Shown here: in pieces, positions 23,608 to 37,338 of the stretch
Numbering within the stretch: the first letter of the stretch is position 1
How the letters are laid out: each line of letters starts with the position of its first letter
Source of the DNA: Toensbergia leucococca
Lineage: Eukaryota
Direction of reading: 5' to 3'
Assembly: GCA_022813965.1 (NCBI GenBank)
Contig: JALDZS010000059.1
Span: 62,001 to 124,920 of the forward strand
Length of the DNA stretch: 62,920 nucleotides
Position numbers and translations under genes: made by a program
The notes under the pieces: generated by a model
Database searches by the model: none
What the model was told of the DNA's origin: nothing
What the model saw: only the letters and a program-made list of their open reading frames with translations

Positions 23608-26095
23608 AGTTTCGAGACAAGGAGTTCAATGCTGTCATTATTTCACATGGTGGCTGTTTTGCTTCAGGCTTAGGCGTTCTCCACTATGGCTTGTATACAT
23701 TGGTACGTCTTACAATCTGCCCTCATACGCAAAGCTCTACGAATTCCTACTTTGCGCTCTGTATTTATATGGACCCAAGCCAGATTCAGACTCACCCATC
23801 TCATACATGGTTTTATTATGTCAAATGTCGAATACCCAACGTACACAAGCATATGATCCTCCCTGATTCTTTCTTTACTACCATTTTATTCTTACGACCT
23901 CTCGGACTCGAACTTCTGCATGAGGTCAACGGGATTTGCGAACCTAGTGTGCCCCGGAGGACGAAAACAGTCTCTGACCATAAGCAGATCTAAGGTAGGG
24001 CCATGACTGTTCAGAGTAGAGCGTTAAACACCAAAGGCGTCTCCGGCTACGCTTATATCTGTGCTCCACCTATGATGTCTCCCATCTCGCCTGAGCCCCT
24101 GTTACGATCATGCTTCCATGTATATTTCGAAGCACGCAATCTTCTGTGATCTTTGCACTGTCTTCTGAGGTTTGCTTCAGCTGGCTGTCTTTTGACAGCA
24201 TGAAGTATATGACTATAATTTCCTTACCTCGACCAGAACCTTTACGTTGTGTAATGCGGTTTCTGAATACTTGAGGTAAGCTCACTGTCTGAACCCACAA
24301 GCACCATCACATGGCTTGCGAACTTTCCTATTCAGGCTCAAAACCTCTTCAACTCTATACGCGCAACGAGTCTTCTCAATCATTTCTTTTCTACCGTCAA
24401 GAAGACAGATCTTCCTTGTGCATCATCGAGCGCTTTCCTTCTGACCCTAAGAAATCCTTGGCTCTTGATTACCTTTTCCTCACACTACTCAACCCTACCA
24501 TGAGAATCTCCATGCTTTCTATGCAACTAATACTCCCGGTACTATGTGTAGTGATTTGTTTGGCTACCCCACAGACTCATATCTACTAAGCGTTCGACTT
24601 TATAGATTTTGAAACTGCGTGGGATGAGATGACACACCAGGCCGAAAGCCTGGTCAGTTTTCAGAAGATAACGGCGGATTATCTTTCCATGAAAAAGGAG
24701 GAAATAAAGATTTCTGTTAAACCAGCAAAGGAGAAAAAAAAACCAACACTCCACGCGCCCTCCGCTTTGTCAAAACACCAACTTTGCAAAGGACTCTCGG
24801 GCAACGAACCCAACAGCCCATTATCTCCCCCTCCTCCCTCCCCGCCTTGGCGGCCACGCCCGCGACAAACCTACCAGCCCCACCAAACCTGGCACCAACC
24901 ACCCGTTACCCCTCCCCCACAACATCCCCACCTCGGGCCTCGATCCGCAGCTACCGTCCACGCTGCCTCTGAGCACCTACTAGCACCGCAGTATCACGGC
25001 AAACGAAGCGCAGGTTTGCGGTATTATTCGCAAGCGGATTGGCAGTGCGGGGAGCTTACCAGTGCGCGGAAGACATGTCGTTGGTCGGGCGGTTGAGGAA
25101 GATGACCAGGGAGTGTGGTTTTGGTGGTGCTTGCTAGGGCGAACGGCGGCGGCGAGAAATGATTTTCATCATGGGAAGGATAGGTGGGTTTTGGAAGGAG
25201 GAGGGGGGAGCTCATTTAGAGGATGGGTTTCTTTGTTGTTTTTGTGCATTTTTTTGGGTGTTATGGGGAATGGGTTCTGGGCGTTGGGGTATTTGGTTGG
25301 GGGAGGGGAGTGGGGGTGATTTTGGTGAATTTGGAGCGTGTAGACGTTGTAGGTGATATGAAAATGTGATGGTTACATGTCCACCTGGAAGTTGCCCGTC
25401 AATCCCATATCTCTCCATAGAAACTCCGACCACAGTTACAATAGCCGAAATTGTGTCTGAAGCAGAAGAACCAATCTGGATTGAAGGGAATAATTGACTA
25501 TTCCCTAGAATTAGGGGATTTGCGCCTGCTCGCTAGCGTGTGTACTTGGCACCCTTTCTGTATATGTATATAGATATATTCGTTGCTCTTTTGTAAGATG
25601 TCTTCTGGGTTAGGGTTATTTTTGTGAGCTTGTGGGGTATGGAGTTGTTTGGGGAAAAGGAGGTGGGGCAAGCTGAGATGGAGGTGGGGGCTGTTGGCTG
25701 GGGAAGCAGAGAGGAGTGGATGTGTTGGGGAAAGGCGGATTGGGTAGATTGGAATGCGAGGAGTTGGGAGTGGTGGAGCTTGTGCGCTGGTTTAATTGTG
25801 ACACCTAGAGCTCTTGGTAATGCTGCTTGGTGAGTTTGGGTCTTCGCTTTCGTGAGGAGAGGAGTAGGAGAGGCAGTCCAGCCTGTGGATTCGCTGGAAT
25901 GCTCTGGCTTGTTTTGACGTCCCCTGTGTCAGCTTTTCCCCCGTGAACCTGTCGCAGTGCGTGAATTTGATCAAAACACCGTATGTTTTTCGTACAAGAA
26001 TACCCTCGATGCGCCGGTGGCTTCCAAATCCCAAATCCACTGTAGCTGTTTGTACATAGTGCTTTACTAAACGCTGAAAGCAAGCTGGAACCTTA

Positions 26096-26895
26096 TCACA
26101 ATGCTAGATTATATGTATAGTCATCTTCCATGTTTTGCGAGACCCATAGCACGACCGAGCTGGACATCCCGTTAGAGATGGATGCATCTGATTGTTGGGA
26201 GAAGGGGATGGTTAAAAGTACCTTAGCATAATCAACCCGTTGGCGACTACGTTGGCGATTCCAAAGTAGAGTGTTTGGAGAGGGTAGTCGGGCACTACGT
26301 ATTTGAGGACCAGGACTGCCTAAACATGGAATCGGAAAGTCAGTCTGTGGATACAGCATCCCGTAATACACCCGTCGAGGCATGGTACAAAAGAGTACAC
26401 ATCCCAAACCCAAGGATCATGCCACTCAATCATCCCCGCACTGCCTCCGCTCTGCATATTCAACTCACCACCGACCCAGCCAACCCCCCTGCCATGAGTG
26501 CAAACCCCAGAAACAGCACCAGCCGCGCCTTCCACGCCACCCCGGATCCAGAATAGCTGTAACTATCGGCGCTCAGGCGAGTTTTTTCGATCGAGTTGAT
26601 GACCAGCATGCCCAGCGCGGAACATATGCCTGGAATCCAGTCTACGAATTTGATGTGAACATCGCCGCCGTTTTTGGCGGAGTGGGAGTAGGTGGAGGCG
26701 TCGATGAAGAAGAAGAATCCGAGGGAGAACTATGGGTAGGGGAAAAGGGTGTTAGCTCTTGGCTTGAGAGGGTAGGGAAGGGAGGGAGGGGGAGGGGGGA
26801 AGTACTAGAGCACCGGCTAGGTAGACGCCTGCTGTCCGGGTGTTGGGGCTGTTGAGCCACTGGGGTTTGGGAAAGCGGAACAGGTGGCCGGACAT
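26096..26895 (-). CDS. VPS68: UPF0220 / Vps68-family vacuolar sorting membrane protein, multi-exon
   Basis: RTAGVYLAGAL|FSLGFFFFIDA, FVDWIPGICSALGMLVINSIEK, WKARLVLFLGFALMAGGLAGS, VLWVSQNMEDDYTYNLAL. Confidence 0.9.
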
Positions 26896-27087
26896 GATTT
26901 CGTTGGAGGGAGGTCTGATACTGTGGTCTGGATCTGGTGGTGATTGTGTCAATTTGTTGCGAGGTATGCGGTCATATTACAGAGTCCATGCAGTCAATTA
27001 GAACTACCTACCTTACGGAGTACTCGCAGGATTGGCGAGCTGTCCGCAGACTCACAGGGCTGAAACAAGCAAACCGACGGAAGACTA

Positions 27088-28143
27088 ACTGTTACTTACC
27101 GCAACATCGCGAAAATCAAATTATCAATCCACCAACATCACATTTCAATGTAGGTATACTGTAATAACGTTCAATTCTCATCATCATGGCGTACATCCAC
27201 ACCTGATTAATAGCTGCTGATGTATGAACGCCCCTTTTTGATAGGTGTACACCCCACGCCCCCCCCTCCCTCAGGCGCAATATCACTGAGAGAAATTTTT
27301 ATCATTCTGCACCACATCTTGCATGCCTTATATTTTCTCAATTGCATGCCATTTAGTAACAAGCTGTACATAGAGAATTATCATGATTTCACACCTGGTT
27401 CTGACTTGATTCCCCTCACCCCCGGGCGCACAATCACCTCATGCATAGGGAATTATCATGATTTCACATCACATTAGCAATTCATTCTCTACCACTATAT
27501 AACTCATTTACTCATTCTATCTGCGTGTCATCTAGAAGTCAAATTACTTAGAAGAAAAAGCATGCTTTTGTATCACATTCTGACTTGATTCCCCTTACCC
27601 TCAGGCGCACAATCACCCCTCAAACAACATTTACCTTCTGAATCATTTACATTCTGAACGCTGTAAACAGCTCATCATTCACCTGAATAGCATGATCCTT
27701 CTTCACCTCATCAGCCCTCATATCAGCTCTCAGATCTCATTCTCACCCTCATTCTCACCCTTGACCTCACTTTTGAACCTGCCCTCAGCCCTGCTGTCAC
27801 TCTGTAGATAATCATGAAGATTCTTTAGATAAAGCTTGCTATTAAATGACAATTGAGGAGGTAGATGACAAGCAAAAGAGGTTGAGAATTGAGTGTAAAT
27901 GTGATGTGAAATCATGATGACTCCCTATGCGCTCAGAGCTCATTAAAGTCTAGTCAGATAATGATATGAGGAGGGTGTCAGGTTATCAAAATAGAATGTC
28001 AGGATACTACAAGCCTATCAATATCTATGAGATTGTTGATGATATCTAGTGTTGTGATTGATGATATTGAAGAAGTCTATCTGCAAAATCTGAAAATCAA
28101 GATTCAAGTTTCGTGATTTTGCGATGTTGCGGTAAGTAATAGT
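27088..28143. mobile_element. Non-autonomous DNA transposon (MITE-like, probably Tc1/mariner-pogo superfamily)
   Basis: ~30-bp TIRs: actgttacttaccgcaacatcgcgaaaatca on the left, tgattttgcgatgttgcggtaagtaatagt on the right; TA flanks at 27086-87 and 28144-45; AT-rich, CpG-poor interior. Confidence 0.82.
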
Positions 28144-28303
28144 TAGGCTTCCCTAAAACCAAGCAAACTACAGAGTACCGGTAGCTCGGCACCTCGGAAA
28201 TCATTCCGAGTTTGAATACTCAGAAAATACTTTTGACCACTGCTTTGATTCCTCTACATTTCCATACGACAATTTTGACCATCTTAAGACTAATCACATA
28301 GAG

Positions 28304-28991
28304 ATGGCACCCACCCGAGCGTCTCAGTCGAAATCTACTCCTAGTAAGCACAGCAAGAGCTCAAGCAAACCTGGCGCTCCTCGCTCAGATACGAAGAGTC
28401 GCATATCGAAGAAACTCAAGGGCCCGCCACCAAAGCAACTCAAGACAAAGTCTGTTTCAGCGCCGGTCAAGAAAAAGCAGAAGGTCTATACAGATAAGGA
28501 GTTGGGAATACCTAAATTAAATATGATTACCCCCGTGGGTGTGGAGAAACCAAAGGGGAAAAAGAAGGGCAAGGTATTCGTGGACGATCAGGTACTTGAA
28601 ATTACAATTACACCTACAGACTGCATCAGTGCTTACGTTGGTTGTGACAGGAGAGTATGATGACGATACTGGCCATCGTGAACGCCGACAAAGAGGGGCA
28701 GATAGAGAGCAAGATGATGAAGAGTAGGCAGATGGAGGAAATCAGGGAGGCCAGGCGCAAGGAAGCGGAAGTTAGGCAGGAACAAAAAAAGTCGAAGCTG
28801 GTGAGATACAGTCTATTCATATCATGCTGTCACGGATCGGCTAATTCTGTGACTAGGAAGAGACTAAAGACTCAATACGACGAAAAAGGAAGCGAGGACA
28901 TGCATCTGATGTTGTTGAAGAACCGCTGAACACTAAATCAGATATTCTAAAGGGTTCTAAGTCTAGCAAAAAACGGGTCTCGTTCGGATGA
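28304..28991 (+). CDS. LOC1: 60S ribosomal subunit assembly/export protein Loc1, 3 exons
   Basis: [71 protein letters not shown]-terminal KKRVSFG. Confidence 0.92.
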
Positions 28992-29042
28992 GAGCAGAAG
29001 CAAAAGGAAGGCGACACTTGATATGCCTGTCTTCGGTCGAGA

Positions 29043-30627
29043 TTATGCGTGCATTTGCACCTTTCGGCGCATAGGGTTAAAAGATGGAGGATGAGAATTT
29101 GAATGAATTTCGATTCGAGTCAAGTCGATTTCACTTGCCATTTTCATGAAAAATTGAGTCACCTAGGCCGAGGTCAGTAATTGGTATCGAGGATATCAGG
29201 ATGCTCGTCTTACTGGCTTGGCAAACCATCTTCCTCCACCAGTCTCGAACCAGCTCAAATGTCCACCTAATGAGGTCGTGCACAATACTGCGAATGGATT
29301 GCACTTGAATTCTTGAAGAGGCAGGGCTTCCTTCAAAGCAACCTATTATTACATAAGTGTGAAACCTTTACAGCATGACACACAAAACATACCGGGTCGT
29401 CTTCGGCGTGTATAGCAAAAAGAGGGATTCTCACTGCTAAAAGTGAGTCGGTTGAAGATACGTCGCGGTAGTATGCGCCTTTGCATTGATCAGTACTGAT
29501 GGAGGATTCCTTGCGTTCGGTAAATACCTTCAGTAGGGTATCCCCAGGTCGGGGCTTGAAGCTCTCTGATCAACAAATCAGCCTGGAAGATTAGGATGGT
29601 ACAAAACGCTACCTATCAAATTCGTGCAAATATTTGATGCCCCTCACCTTGGCGACTACAGCTGCGTCGATACGAGGATTTTTTGAGATTTGGTCGAAAT
29701 GTCTATAGAACTGGTGTTAGTCTCAAAGACGTTCAACACGACATTGTTACGGGTACGGACTTCTCGAACAGCAGTCTCATGCTAGTACCCATGGCTTTTG
29801 AATACACTTCTAAACCAAGCCAAGTCCGTTGAAGAGCGAGAGACCCTGCTTCGCAATTCCATGGATTCGAGCACACGACAGCGGCTTTAAGCATACACTC
29901 GGAGCCTTCTTCACCAAGGTACTACGTCCAAACTTGTCAACAAAATGGATTTAAAAGCACAGAATTCTCGCTTATCTATAGTACATACATTGGCCAAGAT
30001 ATTCGCGCCTAGGGAAAAGCCAACAGCAAAGAGAGGTCGATTCGGAAACGTCTTGCTTAGCCATTTCACAATTTGTCGTATGTCCCAAGTTGACCTTCCA
30101 TTATAAAGTACACCGCTGGTGAGCCTGCTTTCGGCGCAGCCCCTTGAATTCACTACACATGCCTCCCAACCTTCCTCAAAGAGTGGATGCAAAACGGAGC
30201 GTAGATATAGTTCATGAGAGCCGCCACTCAGACCGTGAAGAGTGACAAGCATTGGTTTCTCGTCCAAGGAAGCGATGAGTTCAAAGTTGTCATCCTCAAA
30301 ATATGTCGTCCTGGACGGTAAAGTTGCATCATTTTCTTTGTACGGCGGAACAACAAAGTCGACGGCAAAGCTGCCAAAATAGGCAGGATCCTCGGCCTCG
30401 AAGACCTTGCGCTTGTAAAAGACGGGGACGGCTTCGCTTTTGACGACGCTCCAACACGTTTGTAGGTGACCATTGAATAGTAGTGGGTTCAGACGGCAGG
30501 GGGGAGTAATCGATCTGCAAAGCTCTGATAAGCTTAATGAACTGCCTTGTTTGGATTTCAGGGTGATGGTTTCCGGATGGTGGTGAAATGATGTTTGAGC
30601 TTGACCCCAAATCCAGGAGAGATCCAT
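29043..30627 (-). CDS. Alpha/beta hydrolase, Eht1/Eeb1/Mgl2 (ABHD1-3) family, multi-exon
   Basis: LFNGHLQT, LHGLSGGSHELYLR, NSRGCA, GFSLG nucleophile elbow, IHAEDDP, GGHLSWFE. Confidence 0.9.
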
Positions 30628-31012
30628 GAATGTTAGCCACAAGACTGAAATGCTTTTGTAAAGAAAAGAGTCTCAAGTATGGCCCAAGAGACTTGGTCCA
30701 TGCAATCAAGACTTTTTTGAAAGGGACTTGCTCAATATCTCTGATTTTTAGTTAAGATAATTAAGTCCAACGTGACTTCCGTACGGATATTGGTGATGGA
30801 TAAAAATAGTCGGGTAATGACGCAATATGTCCCCAATCTGGCGCTTATTGCGATAGAAAGCGCACTAGTTAAGGTATGCGGACACTCAAGCTCCATCCAT
30901 CATAAGAGCTGGACAGGCTGACATGGAGAAGCTTCATTCGGCATTAGATAGGATTATGAACGCCTACAGACAACCATAGCTCAGACTGAACCGTTTTTCG
31001 CTCTCCAAACGT

Positions 31013-33539
31013 ATGGCATACCTACCAGAACAAGCGTTCAACGGCCGTATTGCTGTGCGTCCATATCCTTCGCCCACTACATGCCACGGCCAAGCCATAC
31101 AAGTCCAGATTCCCGTTTGTCCCGTGGACAGAACACTCTACCAGAACCACGTCGCCTACCAGAGTAATGGTCCTGCTGCGCAAATACATGCGCCTGGCGC
31201 CCGACCAATCTTGCAGCGACCAGTCTCTCCTGTTCAAATTTCATATCCGGCACAGTCAAACCGCTCTCAACCTTCAAAGACACCACTTAGTCCAATTGAT
31301 GATACAGCAAAAACCGTTAATGATGGCTCAGCAAGTCCTGCTGCTTTCCCCGAGGGTTACCAGCTGATGTTGCTATCTTTGGCCGAGGACTATATTGCAG
31401 CTGCACACGAACAAGCTTCAACAACAGCGTCAAAGAGGCGAAATGGGGATTTGCAGATCTATTACAAATTGATTGCTACTGGATTGGGATGTTTAGAGGC
31501 GGTGCTCAAGGTGAAAATACCTGCTCATTGCGTGTAGCACGCAGCGCTAAATACCTGAAGCATTGGAGATTGCAACCTCGATTAGAGGCTGTAGTACGCT
31601 GGAGATATGCCACAATATTGCACGAGGAGACTGAAAATGTCATGGAGGCTGAAGAAGCATTAAGTAAAGGGGTACTGTCTTCACAGCTAGCAAGACAAGA
31701 TAAGTCGGCACGCTGATGTATGTATAGATTACCATATGTGATAGAGTATGGTATAGACATAGCGTTCTCTTTGAAAGAAAACACTGATCTCTGGTTCAGC
31801 ATCGACTTCTTGATTTGAAGTATAATATGCAACATCTTCTTGCCCGAGTCATGTTTACAACAAATCCACGCGCTTCGTTGAAATTTGTTGACGGAATTAT
31901 CAAGGATGTGGAAGCGTAAGTGTGGTAGTATTGTCACCTTTACTTTCGCTAAGAAGAATGCCAGCTACCAACATACCCCTTGGGTATATGCCTATCGATT
32001 TCTGCGAGTGTCATTGTGCCTGGAGCTTTCCACTCATCAAGATACTATCTCCGCGCTCAACCAAATAAGAAACATCTCAGCCTGGTCAATGGCTCGTGGG
32101 GACATGGCTATCCTCGCTACTGCCTCAACCTTTGAGGCACTAATTCATCTTCGAGACTCTAGCAGTGCTGAAAGCATCGAACAGGCTCACCGAGCTCTTG
32201 CAGCAGCGAGGAGCTCACAGCTAGATCCTGCCCTGGGTCATCTTCCCCAACTATCTACCCTCACGCATTTCGCAGATCTTTGCTGTAGTTTGCAGAGATT
32301 TGATCCTGCACAGGCATTGACGAAGATGCAGGCTATGCAAGCCACCTTGGAAGAAAGACCTCAGGATTCTGCTTGGGTCGAAGATGGGTCGTTCGCCATC
32401 CCCTTAAAACACATAGGAAAGCCCCAGCAGATTAATTCTCAGAGCGGTCTGGTTCGGAGTAGATCGGATGGGAGCCTTGTATTGATGTTCGCGTGGATGC
32501 CTAGAGAGGACATCTATAGCCTCGGGTATCTCCTGAGCAGTGCAGCCATCAACCATCGGAATAGCTTTGACGGACAGAAAGCAGAGCAGATGCTCAAGGA
32601 TGGCATGTTGATGCAAGACGGTTAGTGCATTACTACCAACTGTATATAACTGCTAATCTGGTCTCCACAGGAACCCTCGAAGGAGGGAAGCTTTCCGAAT
32701 CGTGTTCTTCCGCAGCTTCTCGAAACACCTGGCGTCGAGTACTCCAATGCTATATGCAACTTTACCTAGCATTCACGCTCTGCGCTCGATCCGCTTGGTC
32801 CTCCGCAAGTGACAAGCTCCTCCAATTAAAAGAGCGAATATCCGACCTCAGAGTCTCCGTCACTCAACCCCTCACCCTATTGATCAGATACCTCGAAGGT
32901 ATCATCCACCAAGGTACCGGCGACCTTGACGCCGCCCTTTTCATCTTCCAAAGCCCTATGTTCTCCCTTCCTACGTCGCAGCCCCCTCCTACCCCAAATC
33001 TCCACCTCGATCTCTCCATTCTCTCCACCTTCTCCACAATCCTCATCATCAATTCCCAGTCCCACCCCCAACACCACATCCTCGACCATCTCCTCACAAC
33101 CCTTGCCCCACTCTGCGACTCGAACCCAAGCAGAAACATCCTAGCAGCCTACAACCTCGTCCGCGCCACCGCTCACCCAAATTCCACAACCGGCATCATG
33201 CGTACGAAACAGTACTTGCAATACGCTTTGCAAGCCTCAAAAACGGTAGCCAACAACCAGATCATATGCATCACACTTACCTTTATGAGTTGGAAGTTTT
33301 TCAGGGGTGTGGTGGGCGAGCAGGCGGAGAAGAGTGCTAGGGCGTGCTTGAACGTAGCGAACAAGACAGGGGATCGACTGTGGATGAGTGTGGCCGAGGG
33401 CACCTTGGCGGAGACTCTGGATGTCCAGGGACGAGGGCAGGAGGCGGAGGCTGTAAGAGAGGAAGGCAGGGTGATTGCGGAGGGACTGCCTGCAGAGCTG
33501 ATGAGGGGGAAGATTAATGGGACTGACGGAGGTGTATGA
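31013..33539 (+). CDS. SCC4: Cohesin loader subunit Scc4/Ssl3/MAU2 family, multi-exon
   Basis: LLSLAEDYIAAAH, YYKLIATGLGCLEAVL, RYATILHEETENVMEAEEALSKG, DLKYNMQHLLAR, WKFFRGVVGEQAEKSARA. Confidence 0.85.
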
Positions 33540-34002
33540 CCGAGGGTGTAGGATAGATCGTGGCGGGATGGAGAGGCGTTTTGGGGAAAAGGAGGACGGA
33601 AATATGTTGATCTAGGCTGTGGGACTTTGTGTATTATATGGCTTTCGGCTTTCATGTTGCTGAGTCGCTTTTCTTCATGTCTATTTTGCAAGAAAGAGTA
33701 ACGATATCATTGCGGACGTTGATTCCTAGCAATCCAGGGCAATACCACCCCAACTACCTTTTGCTACAAGCACAACGCGCTGGCTCTTCCTGCAGATAAC
33801 CACCTCCGCCTCCCCGACGGCACATACGCTCCAAAACCACCCTTCCCCTTCCTCCCCGAAACCCGCGTTGAAAAAAAAAAAAAATTCATACTACAAGCAT
33901 ACAAAACTCCCCGCAAACTCCCATCCCTCCTTCCTTCCTCCTCCCTCTCCTCTACACAAAACACAAAAAAAAAGGACAAAAAAATCCCACAAAAAACACA
34001 AC

Positions 34003-34778
34003 TCATCCCAACCCCCCCCAAGCGCCCCGTATCCGCCTCGCGAGCTGAATATCCTTCTGCATGATCGTGACCCGTTTCGCATGGATGGCGCACAGATTCG
34101 TGTCTTCGAACAGATGAACCAGGAAAGCTTCGGTGCTTTCTTGGAGGGCTTGGATGGCTTGCGATTGCCAGCGCAGGGATTCGCCGCCTACGGGGACGAG
34201 GGAGAGGGCGATTTCGCGGACCTTTTTGTTTTTTTGAGGGCGGAGGGTTAGTAAGGGCTGGTAAGGACGGTGGGGGGTTTAGAGGTTGGAGAGGGAGGGA
34301 AGGAGCTTACGAGGCGCGAGAAGGGCAGTTTTAGGAGGAGGAGGTCTGTGGTGCGTTGGTAGCGGCGGATTTCGCGGAGGGCGAGGGTGCCGGGATGGTA
34401 GCGGTGGGGTTTACGGGGGCGGCGGGGAACGGGGTCGCCTGCTTGGGTGGGGGTCAGCTTTCTAGGGTAACTTTCTATATGATTTAGAGTGAATTGGGGA
34501 TGAAATGTTCAAAACGTCTTGGACTCCGCGACTCGAGATTCGGGACTTTTGGGCAAGGGCAAGGGTTTTGTTTCTTTTTTTCCTGTTGAGAAAGGGTAGG
34601 AAATGGGAAAACACGCACGCTCTATCCCGCTGCTGCGTCTTTTTCCGCCGCTCAAGCCAACTGTTCTGCCAGCGACTGCATTTTTGCTGCTTGAGGCTGC
34701 GGCGACGGGGCGGCCTCGTGGGCGGGGCTTCAGCGCGCTGGTGCCGGTGCGGCGTGCTGTTTGCTGCTTTTGCGCCAT
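34003..34778 (-). CDS. CSE4: Centromeric histone H3 variant CENP-A, 3 exons (introns ~34618-34442 and 34310-34222)
   Basis: Divergent N-tail plus [36 protein letters not shown]...[57 protein letters not shown]. Confidence 0.95.
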
Positions 34779-35351
34779 TGATGGGTCGGGCTAGGTGTCC
34801 ATGCGATTGCAGAATTGGATTATGAATTGAGGTTTTTTTGGTTGCTGGGGTGGGTGGAATGCGGGCGCGACGCGTTGGGTCGAGAGTCTTCTGAAGGGTT
34901 TCTGGGGTATAGGGGGAGGTGTTGAATTTACGGGCGATTGGATAAGGATTTCAAATTGTGAGGATTGGAGGGCGTGGTCTTTGTTTGGGGTAATGAATTG
35001 AGGTTGGGTTTCGCTGAGCTCTCTGTGTTTTGATGGTTTCTCCCCAGTTCCCAGCCTCTGTTAACCTGGTGTTCTGGCGCTACGGCTGGAATGGGATAGC
35101 GGATCGTCTAATGTACTAGGGTGGCGTCATTGACAGGGGTCATGGTTCATGGTGATTATTGATGCAGTTAAGACCACAGTTTCTTTACCTCTCACTTTAC
35201 TTGCAATACGGCCCTCAATGGACGAAGATCTTTAATATATCGTTCCTCCTCTTGCTAACTTATCCATCATTCATATATACGCAAACTAAGTTTTCCCGCC
35301 CTCATCACATACCGCAACCGCAGGAGTGTGAGATAGGGCTTACCGGATTTG

Positions 35352-36234
35352 ATGGACATGGACAACATGCTCGGCGGGGCCGGTGGAGTCGGCCAGTTCC
35401 CGTTGGAGCAATGGTTTTATGAAATGCCTGTCTGTACGCGCCTCTGGACCACCGCCACTGTCGCAACTTCCCTCCTCGTGCAATGCCACATCATCACACC
35501 TTTCCAGCTCTTCTACAGCTTCCGCGCCGTCTTTGTCAAGAACCAGGTCAGCACCTTCAATTTACCATTTCTCACATTATAGCATTGTTTCTCCTTGATT
35601 CCTAGATATTTACTAACCTCTCTCCAGTACTGGCGCCTCCTAACCACGTTCCTTTACTTCGGCCCCCTCTCCCTGGACCTTCTCTTCCACGTCTTCTTCC
35701 TCCAACGCTACTCCCGCCTCCTCGAAGACTCCTCCGGTCGTTCCGCTGCTCACTTCTCCTGGTTGCTCCTCTACGCTACCACAATCCTCCTCGCTCTCTC
35801 CCCCTTACTCTCCATGCCATTCCTCGGCTCCGCGCTCAGCAGCAGTCTCGTCTACATCTGGTCGCGGCGCAACCCGGAGACCCGGCTGAGCTTTTTAGGC
35901 TTGCTGGTGTTTACGGCCCCGTATTTGCCGTGGGTATTGATGGCGTTTAGCTTGGTGCTGCATGGAAGCGTACCCAAGGATGAGATTTGTGGCGTCATTG
36001 TTGGGCATGGTATGAGTGGAGATTCTCTGCCTCAATTTTCTATCTGTGGAAAGGGCTAATCTGTGAACAGTGTGGTATTTCTTCAACGACGTTTACCCAT
36101 CTTTACATGACGGCCAGCGACCACTGGATCCGCCGGCATGGTGGAGAAGGCTGTTCGAGGGTAGACCGCCAAGCACGGAGGCTACGACGATCAACAACGA
36201 GATTGCTGCTGCTGCTGCGCGAGAGGTGCGGTAG
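35352..36234 (+). CDS. DER1: Derlin (ERAD membrane protein Der1-like), 3 exons
   Basis: PVCTRLW, YWRLLTTFLYFG, FLQRYSRLLE, VYIWSRRNP, APYLPW, GVIVGH|WYFFNDVYP. Confidence 0.93.
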
Positions 36235-36699
36235 GTATTGCTTCACGTGTAGACATGTTTGTGACTGGAGTTCTGGGAAATCGGACACTGAAAGGTACAA
36301 GGAGTTCTGAATCCGATTTATAGGATTTTAGCGAGGAAATATTTACGCGCTTCTTCTGCTGCGAAGCGTTGAATGCATTATAATGGCGTGGGTGGGTTAT
36401 ACTGCAGCGTTCGATATCGCATGAGATAGAGGTTATTGGTATTAAGTGCCATCCATCCCTCATGAGTCTCGAAGATTCTTGGATTGGTAATAATCTCTAG
36501 ATTATATTTCTTTCTACCTTTTAAATTCCAGCTCTGTGTTCCAAACCCCGAAAAATGAACCACTTTTCACATTCGCGCCGGGAGCATTGCTTAAGAAGAT
36601 ACGCCGATAAAAGCTCAGGGGGTTGATGTCGCATATATCATCATTTAGTACCGGCGAGATCAGTTTCCCACATCTTCGAAAGAAGTATGAATCTACCAA

Positions 36700-37338
36700 T
36701 CAGCTCGTCGTAACAGCACTTCCATGCGTCCTCAACTGATCCATAATCCGATCTATCGGCTCCATATCCCCCGCATCAACCTTTCGCCCCGGCCTCATCC
36801 CCTCTGGCAAAGCCCTCACCAACTCCTCAAATCCGGGCTGATAATTTCTCACCTCGCTTGACAACGCATACACCGCCTTCCTCCTCACCCCACTCTCCCC
36901 ATCTCCGACCGCCAAGCCCACCAGCACCGGTATCGCCCCCAGCACCAACAGCCTCTCCTGCGCTTTCACATTGTTCTGTACCGCGGTCCCGACGCACCAG
37001 GCTGCCATGCGCCTTAGCTCGGCTTCTTCGGCTGAGAGGAGGGACACGAGCGGGGTCCAGAGGCCGAGGGGTTCGAGGTTGTTGGCGTTATCGATTGTTT
37101 CGATTAGTTGTTCGAGGTTGTCGAAAGCAACTAGTTTGTCTGGGAGGGTGGTTTGCGGGGAGAGGATGGCGGTCATGGATTGTTTCATTAAGTCGGCGTC
37201 GGAGGGGCCGCCGAAGAGGGCGTTGAGGGCTTCTGGGTTGGGTGGGGGGCGGGCTGTGGGGGCTTGGGGGTCTGAGGTTTCAGTCGACGAGGCATTTTCG
37301 ATGCTCCATTTCAGGAGCTGGTTCATTCCAGGGTCCAT
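36700..37338 (-). CDS. FES1: Hsp70 nucleotide exchange factor Fes1
   Basis: [63 protein letters not shown]. Confidence 0.95.
   Translation of the reverse strand: MDPGMNQLLKWSIENASSTETSDPQAPTARPPPNPEALNALFGGPSDADLMKQSMTAILSPQTTLPDKLVAFDNLEQLIETIDNANNLEPLGLWTPLVSLLSAEEAELRRMAAWCVGTAVQNNVKAQERLLVLGAIPVLVGLAVGDGESGVRRKAVYALSSEVRNYQPGFEELVRALPEGMRPGRKVDAGDMEPIDRIMDQLRTHGSAVTTS

Noticed and set aside
25616..26083. Short ORFs downstream of VPS68
   Set aside because: Non-ATG starts and no recognisable motifs; probably UTR or intergenic DNA with skewed composition.
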